DNA of 55,267 bases, the filler included, from Catajapyx aquilonaris (Eukaryota), in NCBI GenBank assembly GCA_000934665.2. It is 2 parts of 2 records of this genome, joined end to end, with 100 filler letters (N's around TTAATTAATTAA, not from the genome) between each part and the next. Parts side by side here need not be neighbours in the genome. Positions count along the whole stretch, not along the records: positions 1 to 27,569 come from JYFJ02005041.1; positions 27,670 to 55,267 come from JYFJ02005042.1. One strand, given 5' to 3'. Position numbers and translations under genes: made by a program. This document shows positions 27,189 through 38,922 of the stretch, piece after piece; position 1 is the stretch's first letter; every line of letters starts with the position of its first letter. The notes below the pieces were generated by a model, which saw only the letters and a program-made list of their open reading frames with translations, did not search any database and was not told the DNA's origin.

Positions 27189-27569
27189 TGTGCATGGACA
27201 TATACAGTATACAGTTCACATATTGGCCAACTGGGGGGCGCCCCGTCCCCCACCCATTGGATTGACGAAGTTAAGAAAAATTAATGATAATATGATAAAT
27301 TTTGAGGCAAGAAGTAACCAAAAATAATAATAAAAAATACAACTGTAAACTATGGAGTCAGAGGCCAAAAACGTGATGCATTCTTATGTGATCTTCCATG
27401 AGAGTGTGCGTGTATAGACGTGATTGAGCAGTGATAATAATAATAATAAATCAGAAAGCAAAATTGGTCCCCGGCTGGTTCCATTTCAATCCAGACGGAG
27501 GGTGCCCAGTCATGGTCTTCGATTTTTTTAAAAAAAATATATGTGAAACCCACATCCAATTGAACCCTT

Positions 27570-27669
27570 NNNNNNNNNNNNNNNNNNNNNNNNNNNNNNN
27601 NNNNNNNNNNNNNTTAATTAATTAANNNNNNNNNNNNNNNNNNNNNNNNNNNNNNNNNNNNNNNNNNNN
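27570..27669. other. Artificial contig linker (44 N + TTAATTAATTAA + 44 N)
   Basis: Symmetric N runs around a palindromic 12-mer that gives stop codons in all six frames; total length exactly 100 bp. Confidence 0.95.
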
Positions 27670-27879
27670 TGAAACAAGGCAAGTGATGTAAGACCGCAAC
27701 ACAGTCATGTAATCCAGGGCTGGCTTTTTAAAAATATATTACACCAAAAATTGACCAGATAACGGATACCTGGGATTAACACTTCCCCAAAAACAACTTA
27801 AAGTATGGTGGTACATCATTCATTAAGCCAGCAGGCTGCAGGACCAGCCTTTTCAGTCATACACTGTGCAACAAGATTT

Positions 27880-28040
27880 CTCTCCATTTCCAATCACATT
27901 TACACTTTCTTCATACATTTGGCATATATTATTATCCTCCACAGTTTGCCGTGTATTTCCAAGTCCCATAGTTTTATCATGAGTCCACTGAGTCGAAAGC
28001 TGTCTGGAGGTTTTCCCCCTCTTCTTACTGAGTCTATGCT
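27880..28040 (-). pseudogene. Non-LTR (LINE) reverse transcriptase fragment
   Basis: DSVRR..GLMIKLWDLEIHGKLWRII resembles the segment after the AFD motif of LINE RTs. Confidence 0.55.
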
Positions 28041-28211
28041 GCGCCACAATATGCATTGTACTTCTTCCATTCCTAAAATTTGCCTGTCCCTCGTGGTCAG
28101 TGGGTTACATATTGGGTCTCCTGACATCCACGAACTTTTCCTATAGGCTACACATTTCTACAATGCTAAATTATTACCATACTTACTACGCCCATTTATG
28201 TACACTACATT

Positions 28212-28538
28212 CTACAACACTCCCCTGCGCTTCACATTGTCAGTTCTACTCGTAGTCGCTACCACAGCTGCTTTCTTAATCTTTTCCCAAGAGTTAATGG
28301 TTGATTCCGGAAGCGAATTTAAATGCGCCCGCGCTTCACCGGCTAACTTCAACTGCAGGACTTTTATTTTTTTGCCTTCTTCTACACCTGCCAATTCAGC
28401 TGCTATTTCCATGTCTGCGATAAAATCCCTAATGTCCTGGCCGCAATTCCTTCCGCTATAACTGGCCACTTTGGTCAGCACCCCCATGTTCAGCGTCCTG
28501 ATGTTTACCACCTGTGGGTCATTACCCGCTTCTGGCAT
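28212..28538 (-). pseudogene. Gypsy-like Gag N-terminal fragment
   Basis: SYSGRNCGQDIRDFIADMEIAAELAG...KIKVLQLKLAGEARAHL...SWEKIK, a retrotransposon capsid N-terminal pattern. Confidence 0.75.
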
Positions 28539-29379
28539 GTTGAACTTTGAGTAGGATAACCCATCCCAATTGTACCAGTAATTTTGGTCAAAATATCGCC
28601 TGATGTCTCCGTAATATGACTCCTACCTTAATCGCACCTTTTAGTGAATCAGTATAACCCTATCCTACCGACTGCTGCTTATCTCCTTTGTTAAAGCAGC
28701 ACTTGTAAAAATCTTCACGGAGGACATCATCAATCTCATCTTGTTCAAGGTCATTAACTTATGTGTTTCCGCTTCATTGAAAAGCCTCCCCGGAAGCCTA
28801 TTCCTCTCATGGATTAGAAATTTTCCCTTTTCGTTAGCTGTTTTTTTTTTCCCCTTTGACCCTATCCAGAAAGATGGCACACAACAAGTGTTGCTTAAAT
28901 TTCCCTAACAATCCCTTTTTTGTCACCTGAGTGGGAGACCCATTATTTGGTACCTGAGTCCATAGAGCTCCTGAGCTCTGTTGGCTCCCTTGAGAGTCGT
29001 GGTCCGTCTCTCCCTGCCATCCACAGGCGGTTGGGGTGATATAGGTGTAGGAATGGGGATGGGGATGAGGATAAGGGGTTGAGGATGTGGTGCGTAGGTC
29101 AGGTGCCGGACCCCACCTTTGACAAACAATCCAAAAACTCGACCTTAGCGATTGTCCTGCCCATGTCACTCGACAAAGGAAAGGGAAAACCGGAGAGAGT
29201 TGTCAGTTTGCAGCCAGCAAGTTTCATGGAAACCACTTATTTAAAGAGCAATGAAAAACATAACAACAAAGACCTATAGTACTGTACAACACATACCAAG
29301 TACATTTCCTGTGTCCCTGCATTCATTAACATCTTGCTCAATTGTGGAGCACAATGACAAAGCGGCCCAGCTCCACAAA

Positions 29380-29705
29380 GGAAAAAACCTTTCCCTTTTC
29401 GTAAATACCTTAGTTTTTCAGATCAATGTGTCATGGTGATTCACATGGGTTGGCACGTCAAAACTCTGGAATCAATGTTCAGAATTCCCTTAAATAATTA
29501 AAATGTACTTGGATCTGGATCACTTTGATCAATAAAGGGTCACTCCATGTGATGTTGGTAAAGTCTGACATCCTAATAAATTATTAATAAGTTCCATCAA
29601 TTCACTTGTTGCTACAGCATTCAAGTTACGCCTTATGCTTATGGCATACTGTAGAATCATGCACAGTCCATCACCATATGTTGTTCCATTTCCTGCAACC
29701 AGTGA
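29380..29705 (-). pseudogene. EnSpm/CMC transposase N-terminal fragment
   Basis: GDGLCMILQYAISIRRNLNAVATSELMELINNLLGCQTLPTS resembles the animal EnSpm N-terminal RHxLT..L..LL.LIN...LP motif. Confidence 0.55.
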
Positions 29706-29759
29706 CCTCATGAAGTCTTCTTTTTTGAAGAAAGTGGAGGAAATGTTCTGTTAAGTGTG

Positions 29760-30060
29760 CTGAACAACATACTAAAAGTCATGGAGTGCGCTGCTGCTTT
29801 CATTGCTTCCTTTTCCTGCATAATCCTCTGTCCAGGTGTAAACATGAGGATCACCCTGTTGAGTAAGTGGGTGCATTTCCACTGTGACTGTGAAATTATA
29901 CATGTACAGCTGGCGGCTGTAGAATGCTGCTTGGTCAGGAATTTTGGGCAATGCTTGATTTTGTTGGCAGTCAAAGACGAACACTTTCATGCCTCCCTGA
30001 CGTTTGCGAAGGAGAGTGTAGAATGCTGATGCCCTCACCTTGTGCGTTCGCAAGGCAGCC
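29760..30060 (-). pseudogene. Sola-like transposase fragment
   Basis: FDCQQNQALPKIPDQAAFYSRQLYMYNFTV...YTWTEDYAGKGSNE (first catalytic D region). Confidence 0.75.
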
Positions 30061-30145
30061 ATGAAAGGCAACTCAAAGCTCGCAAAACATAACGAAAAAA
30101 ATAAATCACACACCTAATTCTTGGTGTGGCCACCCTGTGCGTTAA

Positions 30146-30530
30146 TCACCGCCTGGAACGGTCCGGGAGGGACTCCACAAGTCCCCGCATAAACCCTGGC
30201 CGGCGCTCCATGCTCCCCCACACATCGAGGACATGGGCCCGGAGAGCATCAGGGATGCGCTCGTGTCTGACATCCCACTCGCGCACCATTGAGGCCCAGA
30301 CGTCATCGATCGGGTTGAGGTCAGGGGAGCAGGGCGGCCAGTAGGTCAGCAGAGTTATATGTGGGTGGTCCTCCAGCCAATCCTTCGTCGTCCGGGCGGT
30401 ATGGATGCTGGCATTGTCTTGCATGTAGACAAAAGGAGCACCCTCGCCGAACAGGGCGCTGGTGAGTGGCACCAGCACCTCCTCCAGGATGTAGCAGTAT
30501 TCCTCCGCGTTCATCCTGGTGGTAGCTGGA
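30146..30530 (-). pseudogene. Tc1-like DDE transposase C-terminal half
   Basis: MNAEEYCYILEE...YMQDNASIH...WPPCSPDLNPIDDVW...LVESLPDR. Confidence 0.9.
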
Positions 30531-30559
30531 ATGAAAGGGGGCACTGGTCCCCATATCGA

Positions 30560-30660
30560 AAATGCCTGCAAAGGAAATTTTGTTCGGGTACTCCTCAAGA
30601 GTGTCAGTTGGTGCCGACTTAATCATATGAACAACTGCAGATCCATCAAGAATGACCCAT
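30560..30660 (-). pseudogene. Academ-like transposase fragment
   Basis: VILDGSAVVHMIKSAPTDTLEEY matches the IIDG.A.V.M....TF.EY motif of Academ-type proteins. Confidence 0.55.
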
Positions 30661-30684
30661 GTTTTTTTACATACATGACAAATG

Positions 30685-30835
30685 TTCAATGTGCCCTCCT
30701 TTAGATATGCGGCACACATCTAGCCGTAGTCCATTTCGCCCCGCACGCGAGCAAGCATGTCACGGTCAATCATTGTGAGTTTGTGACAGCCCCGGTGATG
30801 CGGTGGCGAAGTTCCTGGAAATTTGCAGGGGGTTG
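30685..30835 (-). pseudogene. Mariner/Tc3-like transposase C-terminus
   Basis: PANFQELRHRI...IDRDMLARV..EMDY / LDVCRISKGGHIEHL (frameshifted), the typical terminal GGHIEHL motif. Confidence 0.8.
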
Positions 30836-30984
30836 AAGCACAAAGACAGTGTCTTTCACAAAGCCCCGTAGGTCCCATAGTAGTAATATTAGAAATCATA
30901 GTTCCTCTTCAACTGTACTCAATTATTTTTAGTGAGAGCTGCAATAATGATTGCCCCTTCCCCCCTCCTCTTAGATTTGTCTGT

Positions 30985-31195
30985 GTTTTTCTGTACACCA
31001 GCATGAGGTTGCGCCACTTTTTATCACACTCACTGTCAGCTCCAGTCTATCCATTCACATTTTGATCCTTACACATTTTTTTCCGCAACAATGTTCCACA
31101 CCTTACCTTTCGGTCTGGGCTTCTTGAACTCAGCATCCATGTCTTGCCTTGTTGAAATCAACGCCTTGGTGAGTGTGTCTGACCATGTAACTGTT
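30985..31195 (-). pseudogene. Myb/SANT trihelix domain fragment (Harbinger accessory ORF type)
   Basis: VTWSDTLTKALISTRQDMDAEFKKPRPKGKVWNIVAEK then, frameshifted, CDKKWRNLMLVYRK. Confidence 0.75.
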
Positions 31196-31574
31196 CCAAC
31201 AGCAAAGCGTATTAATGTGAACGTGTTATAATCCTGTAATTTATCAGTGCAAATGACACCACTACCTTTTTCGGCTGATCCTGGTGGTTTCTTCTCGGCT
31301 TGGCCCTCCTCTCCTACCATGACGATTTTATGCACATCTGCGCAATCTGGGAGGCCCATCCGAGGTCCCATGCCCTGGAAGAACGTGGGCAGGAAGCCAG
31401 GCACTGAAATGTTGACGATGGGTGTTAAGAGTACTCGTCTGGGGGAAGTTTTAACCCAGCTTACCTGTCGAAATCGCCTTAACGGGTGCTGGACTCCATG
31501 GCGAGGGTGAACTTGATGTCCTCGCCGTAGGTGAAGCTGACTTCCTGCGACATATGGCATTGACATTGATACAG

Positions 31575-31866
31575 CTGCTGCAGTTGTTTCAGCAGCAGCG
31601 GTTTTGAATGCCATGTACTCTGCAAGGATTAAAATATAACTGTACAATGTGCGCCAGCTTTAATAATCATGTAAGTTCATTCGAGTTCATCAATTGGCTT
31701 ATGCAATGCGTTCCAGAAGTGTTATCCAGTTTAGACATGGAAAGCCTACATTTTGTGTGTAAAATGAGATTCATCGGAAATAAATTTTACACATTACTAT
31801 GTTACATACGCCCAAGTTTTTCTTTTGAAGAGGTGAATGTGCTTGTAACTGCCACCTTACCAACTA
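31575..31866. repeat. About 290-bp dispersed direct repeat, copy 1 (copy 2 at about 40319-40620)
   Basis: GCCATGTACTCTGCAAGGATTAAAATATAACTGTACAA...GTTTTTCTTTTGAAGAGGTGAAT is shared with scattered mismatches; it includes a minus-strand splice acceptor (TCCTTGCAG|AGTAC). Confidence 0.9.
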
Positions 31867-31929
31867 TATAATAAAATCCAACATACGATACAAAGTGTAT
31901 ACAAAGACATTTACATGTCCCCAAAGGTG

Positions 31930-33260
31930 ATGGGAGTAGGGTAAAACGGGGTACTTAGTCAGAAATGTCCTATAAATCCAAACTTATACATAGTACATAT
32001 ATCATTTTTTATGCGTACAGTTGTTGGTTATCCTGCTTTACAATACACTGAATAAGACCTTGTAAAGTTTTGTATATCAACGAGGAAAAAAAAAATTCAC
32101 CGAGGAGGCAAAGTACCCCGTTTTACCCTGCCGGTAGGGTAAAACGGGGTACACATATTACAAGGAAAATGCGAAGTAAGAAGCCTAAGAAATTGGACGG
32201 TTTTCTTTTAATCCAGGTTTATTTCCTTCTGCATCTTAAGTGCACAGTTCACATGTGTAATCTTCACATTCCTCCTCTACCCCTGCACATTCATCATGTG
32301 CCCAACCATGACACTGAATGCACATCACCCACCCTTCCGCCCCTTTGGAATTTGAGAATACGTCCCCACATACAATACAGGACACGTCGTCGCCATCATC
32401 TGAATCCCTTTCCTTGGTGCTCTCTAGTTTGCTTTTCTTACTGCGACCCTTTTTCGAAGCTCTTTTTTGCTGTTTCTCCTCATCCACGTTGAGCTTCCTT
32501 TTGGGTGTTTTCCTCTGCGCCAGTGATTCCTTCAGTTCATTCTTGTAAGGCGAATCGGTAAGTACAGCTGTCTTTCCCCGTCGTTTGTCGTTGGTATTTT
32601 TTTTTTTTTTTTTTGCTGCTCTCTCCGCCCTGGACATCTTCAAAATATCCTGCGGTGATATGTTGAAAGAGGATGATGTGCTGGCATTGCTGTTGTCCTT
32701 CATAACATTGAGCTGTGATGGAATTTCCACTGCACTTCCGGAGGGGAGATTGGCGTCAGGAACTTCTTCAGCAAGTTTGCTGTTCATCTCATCTCTTTCG
32801 GTTGTTTCTGCCGCTTGAAACATCCATTCTGGGAAGACATCAGTATCCAGAGGAAATATTCCAGTTTTCCTGAATCCACTGACAGCAGTCTCAATTGACG
32901 CTGCCTTCATAAAAGCTTCCATAGAGTTGTCCAATATGTTGGATGGAAATCATCCGTCCAGGATGTGAACGCATCCATTTCCTAGCCGCCTCTGCGTAGT
33001 AACCGCCAAGGGGGGCCATGAACGAAACATCAAGCGGTTGCAACCTGTGTGTACAATGGGGCGGGAAGCATAACATAACTACATGGTTATCTCTGGCCAT
33101 GTCAAGGAGCTTGAGATTTTTTGTATGCGTGGAATGGCCGTCCAACAGAAGGACTGGCTTTTCTTCTGTTGGCTTTGCAAAGTCAACAAAGCGCCTGAAC
33201 CACTTCAAAGAAATCTCTTTTTGCATCCATCCAGATGGATGGTATATTGAAAGTTGCATC
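31930..33260 (-). mobile_element. pogo-like transposon 3' half (DDE_1 transposase + PHD finger, subterminal repeats)
   Basis: SGWMQKE...LLLDGHSTH...FPPHCTHRLQPLDVSFMAPL; SGFRKTGIFP; C-terminal CIVC...WVMCIQCHGWAHDEC...YTCELC; GGGTAAAACGGGGTAC repeats near 31939, 32112 (inverted) and 32136. Confidence 0.9.
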
Positions 33261-33269
33261 TTTCAGATG

Positions 33270-34010
33270 AATCTACCGAAAAACGAGATGAATAGGGACC
33301 GCTGAGTTAGTGAAAAATCCAGTTTTGTAGCGTGGGTCAGGGTATGCCGCATAAGCCATTGGCCCCTCAGCATGCCCGACATCTCGAAAGCGCACAGAGA
33401 GGCCAGTAATTAGTTCCTTGACGACTCTCTTAGTCAGCATTTGGTAGTCCACTTGATCTTCCATTCTGTCTTGTGGCGCGTGGCATCTAGAAGTGACTTG
33501 AGTCATCATGATAACTCGGATCCAGTCAAGTACTGCTCCCCACTCATCTCCGTGGTTGCTTCCTGAAATGGAGTTAGGACTTCCACTAGATCTCTGCATA
33601 TTAGCAGTTCCTCTTGGACAAAGTCGGTAGTGTTGGATTCAGAAGGATAGCTGTGGTCCGTATGTGCTCCTCGATTTGAACGAATCGTTCCGGCATAATT
33701 ATGTAGCGTTGAATTCCACCTTGTTTCTACGTCTTTTATTGGGGTCAGTGGCGTTGTGAGTCCTTCTGGTAGCTGGGCCTGCTTCAGTTTTTCAAGGGCT
33801 TTGCGACATTTTTTTTGGAAAAATGTCACCATAGCTGACGCCTTCGTCACCATTGATACCTCCTCAATAGCCCTCGTCACTATTAGGTTCAAAGTGTGCG
33901 CATAACAACCTAAATGATTCCATTCCAGATTTGCCACACCCCCAACAATTTTTGACGCATTATCCGTCACGACCAGCTACTCTTTTCTCTTTTTTCAATG
34001 CCCCACTCTA
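33270..34010 (-). pseudogene. hAT (Ac/ZBED-type) transposase fragment
   Basis: TDNASKI...GCYAHTLNLIV...KDVETRWNST...LTPFQEATTEMSGEQY and DPRYK. Confidence 0.9.
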
Positions 34011-34409
34011 CGACAACCTTCACCATCATGTTTCCCCACTAGCAATGGTGATGGTGGTGATGATTTCCAACAATATTTGTAAACTGGAACTCACTAGCCA
34101 GCTAACTTGCCCACTAGTTAACTCACTCATTAAGTAACTAACATGCAAGGGATGACGGTGGTGGTGATGATGAAGAATTCTAGCAATGTTTGTAAACTGA
34201 ACTAACTCCACACCAACACTTCACGCACTAAGTAGCAGAGTTTCCTCCTGGCCTTCGACCTGCCTGTTGGACTGCCGGAATCTGGCGTCTTCTCTCCATT
34301 ACGTAGCTCCTCCAGATCACTCTGCGGCTGCAGAATCCACAATGGGTCGCGAACCTTCAAGGAGAATGTGTCTGGGATCGGCCAGTTCCGGAAGGACCTT
34401 GCCCACGGA

Positions 34410-35260
34410 TATTTGCATAACCTTGCCCACGGATATTTGCAACATCCAGCCCTAATGCTTCAAGTTCATGTAGAAGGGTGTGGTATAAATTTTGACCAGT
34501 GCTACTTTCCACCACTAACAACTTGATGAAATGTTCATATACTCCTGCTGGAGCATTTGATTGTACACCATCAGCTCATTTGCTCCTGATGACGTATGTC
34601 AGGAGTGCAGTCGAGAATTACTGCAAAATACTTTGCAGCCTTGATTCGCAAAACTATTTCCTGTAGAGCAGCTTGGCCCATTATATTAATTAGTTCATTC
34701 TGGATGTTTTTTTCCTAAATAATAATCATGAATTTCCTCATTCTGGATTTTTCGCAGATGCTCCTGCATTACTGGATCAAACTTTCCTAACTCGATAACA
34801 CCAAGGAATTTCCATTGTGTGATGTTCCTATGTGTTCCGCCGATCCCCGGAATGGCAAGTTAAGGCTAAAGTTGTGGTTGAGGGTAAATTTCCTGTTCAG
34901 TTTACATGGGAGGTACTCCATGTTGGGTATCCAGTACTTGTGCATGTACATGCCCGTCTGTATCTTTCTGCCAGGAACTGTACAGTGGCTACCAATCGCT
35001 TAAAAACTTGATGCCAGCGTTAAGCTTCTTGGCTGATTTGTTTTTCTGCTAATTCATCAATGGCTGTTCCAGCAGATAATCTTTGCTGCAGTTCACGGCA
35101 ACTGAGCATAGCTTGCAAATGCTTTTTGGAGTTCTCATGCTCAGCTAGTCTTGTATGAATGTTCAGCCAGTTTGCAAGTGCACTAGCTGTGGCATCAAAA
35201 AGCTTGAAGTTGTCACCGGAGCAGGTGAAGCATATTAAAACCAGTGGGTCCATTGTCCTT
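34410..35260 (-). pseudogene. hAT (ZMYM1/DUF4371-type) transposase fragment
   Basis: RLAEHENSKKH; RGSAEHIGTSHNGNFLG; GKFDPVMQEHL...NIQNELINIM...AKYFAVILDCTPD; LDVANIRGQGY. Confidence 0.85.
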
Positions 35261-35479
35261 TGATTGATTCTGCCTTGAAACGTGCGTTACAAACAAAATT
35301 CAGGAAGGGATAGGTGAGATGGGTAAAGAGTGATAGGTCGGGAGTAACGACCAGCCCCCAGGATATGCTCCCGGGGAACTGGCCCGGAGCATACGTGGGC
35401 GGTTGGTAAAATAGTATGGTGAGAACAATGCATGATGGTTACTAAAGAAGGTGAAACAGGATTGACGTACTAAACAGGT

Positions 35480-35826
35480 CTCGGAGCCGTTGATGATGTC
35501 CAGTACGTTCTCCTGATTTGGGGGCAGGCACGAAAGGAAGAGGAAAAGCCTTTCGAGGCCGGGGCTCCTCCGAACAATGTTTTTGAGGATGTCGGGCCTC
35601 CTCAACCTTATGGCGGACATGTCCAATTGGCACAGGGTGTGAGAAGAAACGGCATCTAGTAACCTGTCTGTATCATCGCGGCACATTGAACAGGTGATGT
35701 GCAATCGCTTCAGCTGGATCATCCTCGACAGCACGTCGGCCGCAGCCTCGGCGCCGGGTATTTACACGCTCTGCCACAGCGACGGGTCCTGGGTCACCAC
35801 CCTCCACCGTTTACACACCAGGGCCT
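35480..35826 (-). pseudogene. F-box/LRR (FBXL-like) gene fragment
   Basis: ALVCKRWRVVTQDPSLWQSV* (end of an F-box) followed in frame by LRR-like LKRLHI, LCQLDM, SPGLERLFL. Confidence 0.7.
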
Positions 35827-36084
35827 AAGAACTGGATGCCCGTATTGTGTTATTCGCTGTCATGTTGTTGCTTACCTGGGATTTCTCCTGTCTTCCGTAT
35901 TCTTTCTAGTTCGGTTTTTGTAAGAACAAATTTCTTATTTTGCTTCTCCGATGTAACAGTCATTATAATGGTATCATACGGGATGCTGTCCTTATATGAC
36001 CATTTGTACCTTTCGGTACTGATATTTTCAAACCATTGTATCTTGGCATGGTTTCCTTTTCTTCAGAGTATTTTTGCGAGATAA

Positions 36085-36225
36085 ATGAAGCAATCTGAGA
36101 ATTTGTGGATATACTGGCGATAGTATGAAGCCAGGCCAAGGAAAGTTCTGACCTCTTTCACCGTTTTCGGAACTGGAGAAGCAGTGACACTGATAATATT
36201 GTCAGGGTGGATGATGCCCTGTTGA
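36085..36225 (-). pseudogene. Gypsy RT/connection fragment
   Basis: PVPKTVKEVRTFLGLASYYRQYIHKFS. Confidence 0.85.
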
Positions 36226-37980
36226 CTCGCACTTGATCTCGATAAGAGGTGTGACCTTGAGATGGGCAGTTTGAAGTCTTTGGAAAACAGTTTCCAGACG
36301 TTGGAGATGTTCAGAAACAGAAGAAGAGAAAATTGCTGTGTCTCACAATCACACGGATATAGCGCTGCTAGATAGATGGGACAAGTGTCTCAGTGTGAGT
36401 TGGTACCACTGCCTTGGAACTTCCTCCAAGTACTGCTATCTTCAACAAATTAAGATATTGTCGTCAGATTCGCACCTCCACCTCCTCCAAGTACTAGGGG
36501 AAGTCTGCCCGAAAGGCCCCTGGCAGTCCCCACCCCCCCTCTTACGTTCAAAGGCCAGACTCTGTACCAGGCCCGAGATACACAAAGAACCTTTAACATT
36601 CGCATTTCCCTGGTGCCCTATGTTCTCTCATTGGCAGACTGTCTCAGTTTCTTTTTCCCAGGTACTGTAGCAGTGACTCAGTTATCTTTCCCTCTAACGG
36701 GCTTTTTTTTTTTGGCAAATGATGCTGATGTGTGAAGATAGGTCCGAAGACCGAGGCAGGGTTCCACCTATAAATGGAAGTGAACCAAATGATAATGATG
36801 TGACATTTACTGTTATAGTTAATAGCTACATTTAATGCACGTCACATACCTCATGATGACATTTCTCACAGCACAAGCCCTGTCTCGCCACCAACTATCA
36901 CCGCACCATGCACTCAAACGAACATGAGGCCTCCGCCGAATAACTTACGTCAACAGCGCGAGACACATACACTGGATGCGATACGTCCACACATTGTTAA
37001 TCAAGTCACCCATACTGACACCCGTACAATGAACAATCAATGTCGGCCATCTTAAATGTGTAGGCTACTCTTTAAGTCACATGAGAGTCTAGTAAATATA
37101 ATAATAATTTAAAATAGGAAATAGGGTTAAGGGTGATTGTACAAGCAGCATTTTTATGAATGTGCAAGTAGCTAGATTACTTTACATAGGTACATTATGG
37201 TAACATTATGCTAATATTTGCAGGTCTGAAGCGAAATCTGTGTATTGGAGATGCTGACACAGGACACAGGACAATGTCATGAATTTTGACTTGACTGGTT
37301 TATGGAACAGAGTCAGCTGTAAAACGATAGGCTCACAGTTGTTATTCTATATTGCATGATATCCAGTCGAGTCATGGTAGGGGTTTCTCTACTCGTTAAG
37401 AGATCGACGACTTCCTTCGTAGCACAATGTCCTCGTTTCTTGCTTGCTCTTTGCAGTGGACGCAGTGGTTGTCGCTAATGTTTTGCTTTTCCTTTTGCTG
37501 ATTGGATCGTGCAGCGATACTCCTTGTTACTTTGTAAAAACCTTGTTGTAAATATCCGGCAATGCAGATGTTTAAGATAACTGTCGTATGCAATTTACAG
37601 TAAAATCTGATAACTGTATGAGACTAGAATTATTTTGCATAACGATACCTCTTTTGTGGTAGTCTATACCGAGAGACAGTTTATAAGTTGACAGTCTCAT
37701 CAGAGCTTCACCAACATTCCATACATTAGGGCCAAGTTCTTGGAGATGTGGTATGATTTGGTTTGGATGAGGTTCCACTATATACAAGGGTTGTGGTGCA
37801 GCCAAACTACGGTCCATATCCTCGATCTTGTTTGCGTAATGAAAATATTTCTGAAACAGGAACATGACAAGTTTTTCAGGCTGAGAACTAGTTAGGTTAT
37901 GAATGTGTCTGGGATCGGCCAGTTCCGGAAGGACGCAATCCATGTAAAATCGAGTCAGCTTGGGCTCCCTTTTCTTTTGC

Positions 37981-38920
37981 TCAAAACTCGTCGTCCCTCT
38001 CGATCCGCTCTATCCTGATCCCTTTTTCGGTCCACGCCGCAAATAAAGCGTAATTGCGACAAGTCATGTGCAATTGCCCTTGCCCCTGATAGCAATAAGG
38101 GTGAGTCTTGTTTAGGCCCGTTATTGTCTTTGTGGACTTGTTGATGGTCCAAACAGTGCATTTTACTGCCAGAATGGTCCAGTCCGGGGTTGCCAGTCCG
38201 ATGCCATGTCTCTGTTGGTGGCGAGACACTCACCCCGACAAGTCCACCCTGCTGGATGAGGTCGTCAGGTGATGCTCCTAGGTACGGGAGGCCAGGGTCA
38301 ATAAAGAGATACTCTTCAATAACAACACCTTCCTTCTTCTGGAGGGCTTCCTTAGCCTCCTTCTCCATAATTCTTCCGTACAACATGGCACTGTTGTCAA
38401 ATATGGAATATAACAATCCAGTCACCAAATTGTGGCAGCTAGTGGATGGCATTTGCCTGCACACTTGACCGAAGTTAGAGGCCGTCAGCTTTTTCTTCTC
38501 CTTTCCATCCACTCACTGCTGTCCCTCTGCACCACAGTCTCTCTGTCGATCCTAGTACGTTTCTCTTTAACATTTAAGCCTTCTAATATTTCGGCAACCT
38601 TCTTGTTATACACCGTAAAATCATGTGGACCCCAATATGAGGCATATGACGGATGTTACATCTGCAATCATATCAGGCTTTGCGCAATTCTCACCGTCGT
38701 CGGCTCCCGCCGCCAATCATGCCCTTGAAGAGGTCTTGCTGTTCATTTTTCTGACACGGCGTTTCCCCCGGTCAGCTGCTTTTTGGCACGATGTCCGACG
38801 CCTGAGTTCCATTTTTTTTGTGTGTGCTAACGCTGGGGCTCCTGTTGTACATCTCCTTGTGCAGCATGGTCAGCGTGTGATCAACTAAATGTAATTAACG
38901 CAAGAAGGTTGGTGTTATAG
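37981..38920 (-). pseudogene. YqaJ/lambda-exonuclease-like PD-(D/E)XK domain plus linker of a Kolobok-like transposon protein
   Basis: Q..SSEW..RRKKLTASNFGQVC...AMLYGRIME...PYLGASPDDLI...HPYCYQGQGQLHMT; upstream linker D.GENCAKPDM; frameshifted. Confidence 0.85.
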
Positions 38921-38922
38921 TG

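Noticed and set aside
7000..27569. Host protein-coding genes among the many 60-140 aa ORFs
   Set aside because: No recognisable domains, mostly non-ATG starts and low-complexity translations; treated as intergenic or intronic, though small exons cannot be excluded.
31069..31647. 192-aa gene
   Set aside because: Begins in intronic sequence of a duplicated segment; only the last ~40 codons are a recognisable, frameshifted trihelix fragment.
37901..37945. BIR-domain start (IASFRNWP)
   Set aside because: Only eight residues match and no downstream BIR cysteines or histidine follow.
37955..38512. Prophage or bacterial YqaJ recombinase
   Set aside because: Linked to a eukaryotic Kolobok-like linker, frameshifted, and without any phage gene context.
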